Assembly: GCF_964204865.1 (NCBI RefSeq)
Contig: NC_135252.1
Span: 10,850,001-10,914,000 of the forward strand
Direction: 5' to 3'
Length of the DNA stretch: 64,000 nucleotides
DNA from: Styela clava
Lineage: Eukaryota
The notes under the pieces are model-generated. The model had not been told where the DNA came from, searched no databases, and worked only from the letters and a program-made list of their open reading frames with translations. Shown here one piece after another: positions 22,757 to 35,800 of the stretch. The stretch's first letter is position 1; every line of letters starts with the position of its first letter. Both the position numbers and the translations under genes were made by a program.

Positions 22757-23755
22757 TGCATAGATGAGATGTCTCGTAGATGCAAAGTGATGCAATGCAT
22801 ATAATGCTCCTTGACCTGGAACATGAGCATGTATCAATAAAGACAATAAATTTGTAACACATTTTCAAAAACTTATCAGAGTATCACAGAATTTTTTAGA
22901 AGGACTGAAAAAAGTTGTGATGTTTGTTATGAAAATACATTTCATCAATATGATTAGATACATTATTACTGTGCTACAGAACAAAACAAAGCTTATAGCA
23001 TGAATATTCATTTTTGCAAATTTCAATGTTCAAGAATTATTTTGCACAGGTAATTCGAACATCTATTCTTGACTACCTCTAATTATATAAAACATGAGAC
23101 ATCAGCTAATCTTGTAGCTTCAGATAGTTAAAGAATCTTTGTGATGTAAAAAATGAAAAAAAATGGGACAGGTTCATATAAACTTATAAAATTAACATGA
23201 TTCAAAAATTAACGTGGTTATTTTAGCATTAAAAGTGCTTTAACAAAGATGCTGCCTGAAGTTGGCCATAGATAAAAAAGGAGTATTTTATTTTTCGTTA
23301 AAATGATTTCATTTATTAAAATAAGAATATAAAAAAGTTTTTGAGTAAAAGGTTCATTACATTACCAATACAATTAAGAAACCGGTAAGAGATATTCAAA
23401 AGAAGTTATACATTGGAATTGTTAGTTCAATTTAGATGCCTTTCTCCTTATAGAGTGGTGATTTGCTACTATTCACAATTTTTCCATAAACAATAAACTT
23501 TAATGAAGCACAATTAAAAATAATCGCATTTAATCTCAACCATACTGATGCCAACGTTTAATCTTTGGGAAATCTCCCTTATCATAAATAGCTATTAATA
23601 AATTGCTGTGTAGTTCAACCAATAAAATTATAAAAATATAAGAACCTTCAATACACATTTGAAATTTCCGGGCATACGTATGCAACCTGCAAATCCCCAA
23701 GAGTATATGTAAGGTAAAAATGAAAAAGTCTTTTAAAAAATACCATAGCATCTAT

Positions 23756-25549
23756 CTATCTTGGCGTTTGTCTGTTTTGTGTGTTATTGGGAGATGGACC
23801 AGTGCCTTGTTGCATCTGCCTGGCATTGGTCTGGCTACCATAAACGTTTGGGTAACCAACCATTTGGTCATTTGGTGGGAAGTTTGGTGGTGGTGACATA
23901 TAATAAGGGGGTTGGTCTGTCGGAGGTGACTGATGATAATACGTTGGCTGACCTCTTGGAGGGATTGTATTCGGACCATAACCTGGATAGGACTGACTGG
24001 CATGATATATTGGCATGCCTGAGTTGGGAATAGTCCCATGTGAAGGGTGTGTGATTTGGCTAGGGCGCATTTGATTATAGTCTATAACTTGGTGGCTGTG
24101 TCCAGCATTTGGCAGACTTGGTGGAACAGACTCCAGAGAAGTGGCAGAATTTTGATGATGAATACGATTGGACTGATGCACCCCAGATGGCGGGGGTGAT
24201 CGGAGGGTGGCTTCATATGTTGGATTCTGTCCAGGTACAGTGCTGGAACGATTACCTAATTCTAATCTCATATTTTCATTTTCTCTTCTCAAACGTTCCT
24301 TCTCTTCTATGATTCTTTGCTTTTCCTCTCGCTCAGCAAAATAGTCATCTTGAAAAGCTTTAATCTGTTCCTCATACAAACTATTCTCCCCAGATTTGGT
24401 ATCATTTTGAAAGGTGTCAAGCTGAGATTTCAAGGTATTATTTATAATTTCCAATTCAGATATATATTTTTCTTTCTCCTGAATGCCTTGACGAAGACAA
24501 TGAAGTTCATGAGTCTGGGCTTGTAAATGTTCATTTGATATTATTAATGATCTTGCAGCATCTCTTTCTTTTTGTATATCAGAAATATTTATCATCATTT
24601 TTTGCATTTTCGCTTCCTGCTCAAGAATATGATCTTCTTTTTCAGATAATTTGTGTTCCAAATCTCTACATTTATCTTTAAACTCTACCACCAAATTTTT
24701 GTAATGCTCAAATTTCTCCATATCATACCCTTCAGCAGGACTTTGATATTCTTGGGTACTTGTAGAAGGTTGAACAGATACGAAGCTTCGAGATTCTTGA
24801 TTTTTAACTCTGAGCATTAATTGTAATTTGTCTCGTTCTTCAACAATAGCCTGCATTTGCTCTGTAAGCTTCCTAGTGTTTTCTTCAAGAAACTCATTTT
24901 TCTTTTCAAATTCCTGTGCTTTCGTTTGATTTTTTATGACTAATTCATAATATTGAGATAAGTAGTGTTTCAACTCCAAAATATATTTAGCTTTTTCTTT
25001 GCAAGATTCACATTCTTTTTTGTTTTCAGTTTCAGAAATATTTTCGCCAGAACCAGACTGGCAAATCTCTTGCTGTTGTTCGAAAGTCTTTTCTCTTTCG
25101 GAAACCAACCCTGAAGTATTATTCAGCACCATCAATTCATTCTCCAATCTTTGTCTCTCTTTTTCTGCTGATTCAAATTGCCTAAATAACTGTGCATTTG
25201 TACAAGATAATATATTGTTTTTTTGTTTTAGTTTTGAAACTTCTTCGACTTTCTGCAAAAGATTGGATTGGCCAGACGAGGTCATTCCCTGCTTTAGGGC
25301 TTTTATCTGATTTTCATAATCGGCAATAAGATTTTTGACTTCTGTCATTTCAAACACATCTTGCTCTTCCAATTTCATTCGTAACTGTTCATTTTCTGAG
25401 ACAACTTCATCTAGTTTTGAATTCGCAACTTGCAAATCTATCCTCAAATCAGCCATAGCAGTCTCTAAATCCTGTGGCTTCTCAGCAGAAGAAGTGACAG
25501 GATTATCCAATGTTATAGACATTGCAGAATTCTCATCAAGTCCTTCCAT
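23756..25549 (-). CDS. Coiled-coil protein with UBAN-like segment and Pro/Tyr/Gln-rich tail (TNIP/ABIN-NEMO-optineurin-like), intronless CDS
   Basis: 597-aa ORF with long E/K/Q/L heptads; EEQIKAFQDDYFAEREEKQRIIEEKERLRRE resembles the UBAN core Q..I...DF..ER..RE...EEKE.L; acceptor TTTTTCAG at about 25621-25628. Confidence 0.7.
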   Translation of the reverse strand: MEGLDENSAMSITLDNPVTSSAEKPQDLETAMADLRIDLQVANSKLDEVVSENEQLRMKLEEQDVFEMTEVKNLIADYENQIKALKQGMTSSGQSNLLQKVEEVSKLKQKNNILSCTNAQLFRQFESAEKERQRLENELMVLNNTSGLVSEREKTFEQQQEICQSGSGENISETENKKECESCKEKAKYILELKHYLSQYYELVIKNQTKAQEFEKKNEFLEENTRKLTEQMQAIVEERDKLQLMLRVKNQESRSFVSVQPSTSTQEYQSPAEGYDMEKFEHYKNLVVEFKDKCRDLEHKLSEKEDHILEQEAKMQKMMINISDIQKERDAARSLIISNEHLQAQTHELHCLRQGIQEKEKYISELEIINNTLKSQLDTFQNDTKSGENSLYEEQIKAFQDDYFAEREEKQRIIEEKERLRRENENMRLELGNRSSTVPGQNPTYEATLRSPPPSGVHQSNRIHHQNSATSLESVPPSLPNAGHSHQVIDYNQMRPSQITHPSHGTIPNSGMPIYHASQSYPGYGPNTIPPRGQPTYYHQSPPTDQPPYYMSPPPNFPPNDQMVGYPNVYGSQTNARQMQQGTGPSPNNTQNRQTPR

Positions 25550-25859
25550 ATTACCACCTAATATATCTCAAGCATTACAAATTCAAACTGAAACGCTTAA
25601 AATCAATTGCTAAAAACTACCTGAAAAATGGAAACAACAGTGTTATTAGCATACAGCAGCATTACTGCATTCTGGCTTATAGAACTTTCTACAATAAAAT
25701 TTATTACTTGTTTCGAGAAAATTCCGATTATTGAATTAATAATTGCTTGCAATTGATTGAACCAGAAAACATATCGAAGTCCTCAAATCTCCGTATACAG
25801 GTATATAGACTACTGGTATACTTATTTATGAAGACAAACATGCTGCAACACAGCAACAT

Positions 25860-26202
25860 GGATAGGATAAGATAGGATTTACATATTTATCCCGGGAGAG
25901 AGGAAAGCCGATAAGACAGCTTATCCATATGGCGAACCACGGCCTCTCGTCCGGTTACCATCCCAAGTCGGGTATGGGATTAGTTATATTGTTTGTTTTC
26001 GGAAGCATGGTCTTGGTGGTGAAGGAAGCCGTAACCTACCAGCGGTTACGTGCACCACCCAACGACGGCGAGGAGTCCAGCAATCCTCTCGCACATAACC
26101 ATCCCTGCATGGGATTCGAACCTGCGAACCCACGCAGAGTAATTAGAGGTGCGGTGGCGAGCGTATTCCTAACGCCTAGCCCGTTGAACCACACCGCCGC
26201 GC
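25860..26202 (-). mobile_element. tRNA-derived SINE, full-length young copy
   Basis: A-box TGGTTCAACGGG, B-box GGTTCGAATCC, 3' (CCTAT)-type tail; very similar to 45019-45364. Confidence 0.95.
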
Positions 26203-26459
26203 AATGACATTCCATAACGCTGTAATGCAGTAATGTGAAGCAAATATCTGAATATGCCAATACAGTATTAGGCATATAAATACCATGTGACTATAAAGTT
26301 TATAGTCACTTTGTAAATACCAATGTCAACAAAAACTAGAATTGCAGAGTTTTAACTTCACGATTGCAGAAAAAATCCCACTGACATTAGCACTTGGGAT
26401 TTTTAAAATAAGACCATTTATTTCAATCTCTTCCATGAAAAAATGAAGAATGACTACGC

Positions 26460-26785
26460 ACAAGACACTGCTCCGCTGATTACCCTACGAGGATTCGAAT
26501 CCCATGTAGGGATAAATATAGGTGATACGAGATAGGATTGCTGGACTCCTCGTTGCCGTAGGGTGGTTCACGAAACTACTGACAGACTGGTCGATTATGG
26601 ATTCCTCCACCATCAAGTTCAGGTACTGAAGTATCTAAAACAAATAACTGGCTAACTAATTCTGTAATCACATACCCCACATGGGGATGGACTGGTACCG
26701 GCGAGAGGCCGTGGTTCTTCATATGATTAAGCCATCATATGAGCTTTCCCCTCCACCCCAGGATAAATTTGTAAATCCTAATCCT
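26460..26785 (+). mobile_element. tRNA-derived SINE, degenerate copy
   Basis: TTCGAATCCCATG...GGATTGCTGGACTCCTCG...GAGAGGCCGTGGTTC...GGATAAATTTGTAAATCCTA. Confidence 0.85.
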
Positions 26786-27358
26786 AAAATGGCAGCATGG
26801 GTAGATTCACTTTGGCAGTTGCAACATGAAGTATAAATGAAAAAACATGAGATACTTTTTAATCCTATGATCTGATATGCCCATGTCATTATTAAGGGCA
26901 GGGAATAATATAAGGAAAAAAAAATAAGCAATGACTGTATGAAGTGATATATACCGGTACGGTAGGCTACAACACACAATTTTTTCCCAATTTTCTGTGT
27001 GTTCATTGTTTGTGCTTTGTATATGATTTTTTTTTACGGGAAAATCAAAATATACTTACCGTACCGGTACCCGGTACCGTATTCCATATACATGGCATTC
27101 CTGGTTCTTTAAACCCTGACAAGTATACCGGTACATTTCACTGTCTTCACCTCACAAATATCCCCTAAACTTGAACAAAGTTCAAAATAAGTATAAAAAT
27201 CATATAAATTCCTATAAAATAAGCCCTCAGACTGAGTTAGAGGGTTCGTCAACAACGATGAATAACCGACCGCTGTCAGAGCTGTGTACTGGCCGTTAGT
27301 CGTTGGTACTGGCTTACGGGGCTGCCACTTTGTCCGACAAATAACATCTAGAATAGAT

Positions 27359-28200
27359 CAAGGGTCTCCAACACGCGGCCCGTAAAGCATTTTGAGATTT
27401 TACCAGAAAAAACTAAAATAGTATGATGTTAACTATGAGTTTTATCGTGTTATTTAACATCAAGAGAAGAGTCCGGTACAACAAACTGTTAAAAGTAAAA
27501 TAAAAATTCCCCTCGTTATTCCACTTCACCACGTTCATATTTTATTCTTTCGTAATAATTAAATCGTAAATTCAATCATTTCATTTTGCGTTTTTATCAT
27601 GACGAAATAAACATGTTTTGGTCAGATCATTGAAGTGTGCAGTTGTGAATCATTAATCATATGTGCATTTGCGGCAAAACTAGATTATTATAAACTTATG
27701 GATCTTTACGCAGGGAAAAATACCATGTTTATACTGGAACAATTCGTCACGATAAGGTATCGCAAATAAAATTTTCACTGATGAAACAGAGAAATTCCCC
27801 AGAGATAAACAAAACTTGTGAAGATTCGATGAAAGTAAGCTTTGCCATAAGTGAGATGATTGCGAAATCGTCGCGTCCTTTCGTTGAGGGAAGCTTAAAG
27901 AGTGTATGTTGAAGGCTTGTGAAATAATTTTTCAACAATGAGAGTTAACAAATCAGCCTTTCGCACACGACTAACGGACGAGAGTTTGTTGTATGCTGTA
28001 CAAAGACAAGCAAACCAACGCAAGTAAACAAATATGTTTCATGTCTCGCTTGGTGTAAGATTCAAGAGTAGTTTCAACAAATATATTCAGATTTACTTTG
28101 TTAATTTTTGTATAACAATTTTGCATATAATTTGTTAGTTTGCGGCCCGCGTCGTCAATGAATTTTAAAAAGTGGCCCGCGACATGCTTTGACTTGGAGC
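27359..28200 (+). mobile_element. hAT (Charlie/Buster/SPIN-type) internal-deletion derivative
   Basis: Starts CAAGGGTCTCCAAC..GCGGCCCG and ends with GCGGCCCGCG/GTGGCCCGCG subterminal motifs; 27826-27985 encodes VSFAISEMIAKSSRPFVEG / LKECMLKACEII / ISLSHTT, typical of GTF2IRD2/SPIN-type transposases. Confidence 0.8.
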
Positions 28201-29475
28201 GTTCCTAATTCGAACTTTTTGAGTATTCGATTTGGACGGCATCTGATGCTTTATTTTGGAGTAGTGGCCTCATTAAACTTCGGATATACATGCAGGTAGA
28301 GGTTTATTGTTGATAAATAACTTTCATTTATATTTCTAGAGTTTAATTTATTATTTGTTCACATTTGTATTTCTTTTATGCTGATGATGAAGCCGCACAC
28401 GATAACGAAGAAATAATTGATGGCTAGATAGGAAAAGGGAGGTCAAAATCAGGTTTGAAGCTTATTTCGGAAGCAGATTGTCTGCTGAATCATTGTTCGA
28501 AGTTGCTTTGAAGTCTAAGTTTGCTATAGAGTAAGTAGGTATATATATATTGCGTAGGTTTTCAACAATTTAACCAATTCAGAATACAAGCACTGTTTCA
28601 CTGTTTAATAAAAAAAAAAAAATTTTCCTATCTCGGGCCATTTTTTGAAAAGAACAGGAACTGCTTTAATGCTTAAAAAAGGTCCAATCCGAGAAATAAA
28701 ATCTTGTTGCAATGATGATGATAGTCTTGTTATGGTATCAATGGGAATGTGTTTCGAATTTATATAAAAATTAAAACAAATCTGAACCTGAATATCTTTT
28801 CATCTTAGTGGGGCAAAAATCAGACTTTGGTATTCAGATAGTGGGATAAATCTTGAATGATTTATTTTTTCTGTGAATAAGGTTTAAGCTACTGCCTGTC
28901 GACATCAGTATTTTTTTAGTAAAGACCCTACACCAGGGGACGAATAAAAGAGTTACACGGCAATAAAACATTCTCAGATATTCTTTGAAGTTACAGATCT
29001 GTTTTTGCATCGTATTGTATTTATCACGACGCGACGTTTTCAAATGACTTTTTACAACCTAAAATGATAAAATACGTGCATATATTTTTCGTGTCTATGA
29101 CAAGGCGCAGTCCTTAATTCGCTCATGACGTAGGCCTACCTGCATATAAAATTAGTAGCATTCACCAATACGACAACGTAAGCCGTAAATTAAAAAAGAT
29201 AAATGAATAATTTTTTATTTGGTCAAATTTTATTATTCAAACAATGGCCAGTAAGTTTTCCCACATACACGCCTATATCATGAATATAGCCTAGACCCTA
29301 GGTCATAAACTGATTTATCTTGTGACCTGTGGGCAACAATCACAAGATAGATATGATTAGTCATGCTATTTCCTGGAAAAGGGCTATATATTTCAGTAAG
29401 ACTGCAGAAGATTGGAATTATTAGTCTGTATTCATCTGTTCTTGTTTATTCGAATACCCCCCTCCCCCCTCTCTA

Positions 29476-31214
29476 ATGGCAGGGACTTTGTCTCCGCCCA
29501 TGCCAGCAAACGAAAAAGTGCAAGGAATATGCAATTTGGTGAGAAACAAATGAAGGAAGGCATAATGAAAGATTGACAATTAACAGACGCAGTAATACCG
29601 TTCAACTGAGACGCAATAGGAAAATTGAAATGACTTATGCTCCAAGAATATATTCTGGAAGTCGGCCTGATTTATACGAAATTCTCTGAATACATATAGA
29701 CTAAGTTTTAAACAACGGTTATATTTATTTTCGCGTAAATTCTCGCTATTCCAACGAGATATTACATCTAAATCAGAGGTCACCAAACTTTTTTGTATGG
29801 GCCAGGTATGCCTCAAACCGCAGTAGTATATATTTTCGCTCAAACTGTGTTGAAAACGGGCCAGACAAATATTTTTATCAATGCAATACAATAAATTCAC
29901 AAAAGTTGGAGAATCCATTCAATTCATTCAACAATATAAAATTCTACATTTCTCAAAGACTTGGATATTAAATTCTATATCGCAGAATATAGATCGAGAA
30001 CATCATAGAAAAACAAATATATATACAAGATTTCTAGACAACTATCCTGACGTTAGCTCTATATGCTCATTGGTTAGCTGTTAGCAAAACATTGCTGTCA
30101 TGAATATCCGCATGTAAGCAGTGACTTGTGAAATTGGAGCAGTACGCGAGAGATTACAGTACTATTAGCGCAAAATGCACGCTCGACGTTCATTTTAGCA
30201 CAAGAAACGTATCCAGCAGCAATTTCGCCGAGAAAGCACGCGCCACGAGTGCATCCTTCGCAGAAATCATTGCGTACCGGTAGAGAATTTTAGCCCATTT
30301 TATCACAGCTATTTCTAGACTAATTTTTGATTACTGCAATTAAACTACAACTCTTAAAAAAGCAAAATGATGATTGACTTATTTGATTTATACCTAAATT
30401 TCCGAAACACAACCTAAAACTAATGAATAGCATTCAGAATAGTCAAGGAATGATATGTATTAGTTTCATTACTAATTTGAAACATATACACAGTTACTAC
30501 AGGGGGCGCAGGTGTAGTCACTTCCTATATACTCACAAATGTAAATATATTTGATTCTCTGAATTTCTAACTCTAAAGAATAATGTTAATTTGAATAATG
30601 TAATCTTCACTTTGTTTTAATTTCTTCCAACAACAACATAATACCAAGACAATCTATATGTCCCATTCGTGTCTAATAAATCTTGTGTCAGTCAGGTAAT
30701 CTGTTCACCGGAATTGTTCCGTAATACTCAAATCAATACTTAAAACTCGCAATCAACCCTTTTTTTATTGTTTCACATTCAGCTAGTTGATTTTTGATTG
30801 ATGCAAGTAAAACAGCGATTCGATGTAATGGAGGTTGTTCAACCTGTTATGTTATGAGTGACGAATTTTTTGTTATTTCATGGTATATTTTGTGTTCTAG
30901 AAAACTATAAAATCACCAGTCATATTTATTCTACTAATTCATATCTTTGGTGAGCAACTTAAATACTGATTTTGTTGGGCCAATCGTTTTTAGGTCGATT
31001 TTAAAAAGATGCTACACTTTGAAACTTGAAATTGTACTTGTTGTCTAAAATATTAGTATTATTTGGAACTTTTATTTTTTAAATTTAGGTCCATGTTGGA
31101 GAGAGAAATTATATCGAGCCCAGAATTTTAGTGCTCGACAATGTGACACAACTTGAAGGACTTCTGCCTGATCAAAACGAAGAATCCGAAATCATTTATT
31201 TTGACTCTAATTAA
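29476..31214 (+). pseudogene. Stefin (type 1 cystatin) paralog with disrupted exon 2
   Basis: Exon 1 29476-29538 MAGTLSPPMPANEKVQGICNL|GTGAGA; exon 2 candidate 30783-30882 (100 nt, in-frame TGA, no QxVxG); exon 3 31089-31214 VHVGERNYIEPRILVLDNVTQLEGLLPDQNEESEIIYFDSN*. Same 3-exon phase-0 layout as the stefin at 60990-62482; TATA-like TATATAT near 29385. Confidence 0.8.
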
Positions 31215-31584
31215 GTTATTTTTATCAAAACCCCCGAAATTTGTTTTTATCATTGCACGTTTATAATTGTACAACTTTTAAGTTCGTAATTCAGAAACCC
31301 TATTTACCCGAAAATGTGAAATCAATATCAAGCTCATATACTCATTACATTTTAGCATTGAACGACCTATATCAAAACTGTAGAGGTTATGTGCCCTTAA
31401 AATTAAATTGCGCTCGGAATTTGCGCAACTCAACTCAAAAAATATACTATTCATATTGGAAAATAACATTCTCGCATTCTGATTTTCGTCCAGCTCATTT
31501 CATTCTGTATTTTTTTTCTTTTGGTCCACAGCCCTCGAATATCTATCTATTCATGTTAATAAACAATCTGCAGAGCGAAATTGC

Positions 31585-32414
31585 ATATCGTCACGCTAAT
31601 AACCGAATTGCGTAAGTCATTTTTAGCAGTTTTGAGAAAAACGTAAAAAACTTCCTAATGATTTTGTTATGCAATTGAGAGTCAATAATTTGCCATGGTT
31701 CAATTTTTTGATCGTAGCCGGATTTAAGTTAATTTGTATGACGCAGTTAAGTGACGTCATAATGGCGCACTGTGACTTAGGCAGAAATGTGTCTATGACT
31801 TGGTGACATACGCAATTTTGCAACCTCACTGTATGCACCAGTCCTGAAAACTAAACATTCCAAAAACGAATGTAATTCTCAGTATCTACAATGTCTAATC
31901 CCCAAAATAGCTAATCAGTTTCAATTACATCATTTTTTATGTTCAAAAATATATATTTCATCAATATAACACGTTCTGCACACCCACCGAAATAGGACTA
32001 AGATTAGATATAAAGAATAAAACAGCAATGCACCCAATATAAAATCCAACCAAGGTAAATTGGACTCGGACAGTGAATATCACAAGTGCACATCTTCCTA
32101 TACTGTAGTAAAAATTCAAATTAATACGCGCTAAGCTAGAATCCGAGATGCAAAAACTCGAAAATACTTCGCCGAGGTTATTTCGCCTTTGTGCCGTCAC
32201 AATAGTACTGCGGTAACAAGGATAATTCATTATGACGAAACAATTGCACAAATGTGCATGTCATACTAAATCTCCATTTTTATGGGTTTCGAAATTCCTA
32301 AAATAAAATCTGATTTAGCAGACAGGTGCGCAGCATTACATAAATACCTATTTTATTAAAAACTCAAAATCGCCAAAAATGACATACGCAATTCGGTTAT
32401 TAGCGTGACGATAT
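31585..32414. mobile_element. Non-autonomous TIR element (~830 bp), superfamily unassigned
   Basis: ATATCGTCACGCTAATAACCGAATTGCGTAAGTCATTTT mirrored by AAAATGACATACGCAATTCGGTTATTAGCGTGACGATAT (one mismatch). Confidence 0.92.
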
Positions 32415-32855
32415 ATAAATTATAAGTACAGTATATATTTTATGAAATATCCAATATATATACATATTTGCAGAACTGTATTTAACGTTCACATAATTGC
32501 AGTATTCAAGTCATTGATACAAGATCTGGATTTTCTATTTCTCTCGTCAGTTTTACGTTTCAGCAACACTTTGATTCATTTTATATGTACAGTATATAAA
32601 AATATTTATATAAATGGATATACTCTTACTTTGAGTAACTAAATTAATTAAACCGCATGCTTCAAAGTAATTACCGAACCACACTCTTGCATCCAATGAA
32701 ATATAATACATTTAACATGATTTCATTTATAGTATAAACATTTATTGTACTAACTTATCTTTTTTCAATCGAGAAATTGCATAAACTTTGTTTGAAGGCA
32801 TTGCAAAATATAAAATGTTTACGATAACGACACTGTCAGTTTGGTAACTAGATAT

Positions 32856-35800
32856 TTATTGTAGCAAATTTGCAGGATATGGATATCCAAATATGTCATA
32901 ATCCGGTTTATACATTTCAAATAGTTTCAAACGTTTATATTTTGGAATCATGTTATACGCGATCTTAGTTTTTTCATATGAAGTTTGTGCTTTAATTGAG
33001 TTATCACTAGCCCCATGAAAAAGTGTAATTGGCTTATACTGCCTTAGTTCTTTGTTTAATCCCAGTTTTTCTTCCAGATAACGAGCGTCTTTTTCTATTG
33101 TTTCCAATCGTGCAATGTAGTCATATTTGTACACACAAGGATCGCAAGCTCGCGTGTACAAATCCCAATGCAAATCTAAAGTTTTCCCTTTTTGATTCTG
33201 ATCGAGTAAAAAATCTATAAAATTTTCAAATGTTGCCATCTTCTGTGTCGTATTAGAACGGTGAAACTTTTCCCGGATGTATTCCGATATTGGAGTATAT
33301 TTTGGATGATAAAAATCTTTTTTGGGTGCTAATTTGTCGTTGTAAGCCGACAGCAATCTTTGAAAAGGTTCCCTGACTATCATGATTTTGAAATATGTAT
33401 CGATGACTTCCTTGATCTGAAAAATGTATATTAGTGTATATACGTATAAAATGTATGCTACATACAACTAATTCAATGAACGTGTGTTTAATGATTTGAA
33501 AAATTGTACTGATATACTGGGAAATTTAAAAATACCCTTAAATTGACTTGAAAATATAGACATACATTTAGAAGGTATCAGTGTTTCAGGTGCAAGTTTT
33601 GCACCACTTTGAAAATTCTTCGTTTCCGTAATAGCACAGCTCTCGGTTCTGCTAAGGATCACCTTTTTTCAAATAGTTGTCGAGCTTATTATGTAAAATT
33701 CCAAAACAAGGAAACAGACAAACGTATCTACTAGCTCAGACTTCAATTATTGTGTACTTGATGTCGCTCTATACATACCTTAGTTAGATTATTCACGTGT
33801 TCTAACATGGTTCGACTATCATATGCCGCAGCATGAATATCTTCGTGCTCCAATTTGTAAGGATCTCTAACGATATTTTCCATTTCCAGAAGTGCAAGTT
33901 TAAACTGTGTGCACCCGACTTTTGCTACTTCACAAAACATTACCTGCAATAAAAAGAATAAATATCGTAACAAAGTAATCAAGATTACTTGAGTTCAAAA
34001 ACAACTTTTTGCTCAATTGCGCAATATGAAACAAAATTGTCAATTTAATCGAAGTTTATTGAAAGAAATTAATAAAAACTCTCGTTACGATTTGTTAATA
34101 TTCACAAATAACGTATATATACCGGTACATATTCAAAATTTAATAATATATTTTAACGAGTTATCATTAAAAAATAGCGTTTTATGCACAAATCATATTT
34201 TATTACATATATATAGAATCACTTGTCATGGAAAAGTGTTGAATGGCCGAGTTAGTTACTTAGCCTTTTGTTGCAAAAACCATATGCGAGAATGGCCATT
34301 TTTCCATGAATCCGACATTTTACGACAAAAATATAATCATTCTGGACGGATTATACCTATCCTTACACGGAAAATTCCACCCGATCCTATATCGTCATAT
34401 TTAACTGGGACCGATGAACTTTGTTACATTGCAACTTACATTGTATTTAGAGGAGTAATAGATGGTCGGATGTCTTCCTAATGATATGTTTAAAAAAGAT
34501 TCATAATTCGGTTGGGCATTCAAACTGATTGGTTTCTTAACCCCCTCACATCCATTAATCACAATTTTTTGTCGTTCAATTTGAGTTGCTGACATTGATC
34601 CAATGAACATCTCAAACTGCTCCTCAATCTCTTCCTGTTAAATACATTATCAAAATGAATATATCGAAAAAAAATATTATCTGTAAAATGACAGAATTAA
34701 TCCTGTACTGCTTGTACCGAAATTCCTCATGAACATTTCACAATAGGCAACATCTTGTAATATATCAGAAAAAATATTTTCGGATGTTCAATTTTTCAAC
34801 AAACAAAGTTATGATTTAATATAGTCATTTGGTCGCATCTATAATTCCAATCATTTCGTCGAATGTATTGATTTTCTAAACGAAATCGGATGGTACCACA
34901 TTTTATGTACAAAAACTTTCAGCGTTCATTGTTCATAGTATTTTATGTTCTCACTTCTAAAGTAGTATATTTCGCTTTTTCCGTTTTGCACGTTCCTATT
35001 ACTAAATATAATATAGGGTTGTATTGTAAATACCAAATTTTCGTTTTCAGAGCATGCAATTCCCTTTATCTAGCAACTGGCAGGTATGAAATCGGACCAA
35101 ACTTAAAAATATACTTATTCATACTTTCATCTTATATGAATTATTTGCATATTCCTGCTTGAGTGCTTCCAAATCCTCTTTGCATTCAATATATCTATTG
35201 GGAGTTGTTGGGGCGTTGGTCGAAGAAAATGTTGTCGAAATTATTGAAGGTGACGTCTCCGATTTTTTACTAAGATGTCGTTGAATGTTGGAATCCTGGT
35301 GCTGCTACATAACAAAAAAAGGTGGGGGTTTAGCTCCCGTAAAATTTGCCCACGAATACTTGCACCTATAATCTGCACCCAGGATATTTCTGCATGCATA
35401 CTTTTGCACCCATGGACACATGAAAATCATTTGCACGTGGATGAATATTTTAATATTATAGGCATACTAAGTAATGAATGCCACCTCATGGTAAACTTGC
35501 ACACGATTAATTACGATTTTCATCCATCAACTTATAGTTCAAGAAAAATCTAACTAGAAGTCAAATAATCTTTCAAAGGTTGACACCAATAAAGAAGACC
35601 AAGCATCGAATGAACTTACTCGGCGCAAAACTTACTCCTAAGTTTCTCTTTCAATATTTTCTCAATACTTTGATCCGTGTAACGGCACGTTTCTAGTGTG
35701 GAATTAGTTAACTTTGACAAGATGCTTATATTTGAGGCCAGTTTTCTGTACGATTTATAATTGTAGATCGTTCGGGTTTTTCGGTGTAAGAAAATGATCG

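Noticed and set aside
25929-26275. Recurring ORFs MANHGLS... (also 44951-45301, 8383-8791, 1855-2191)
   Set aside because: Incidental frames of SINE copies.
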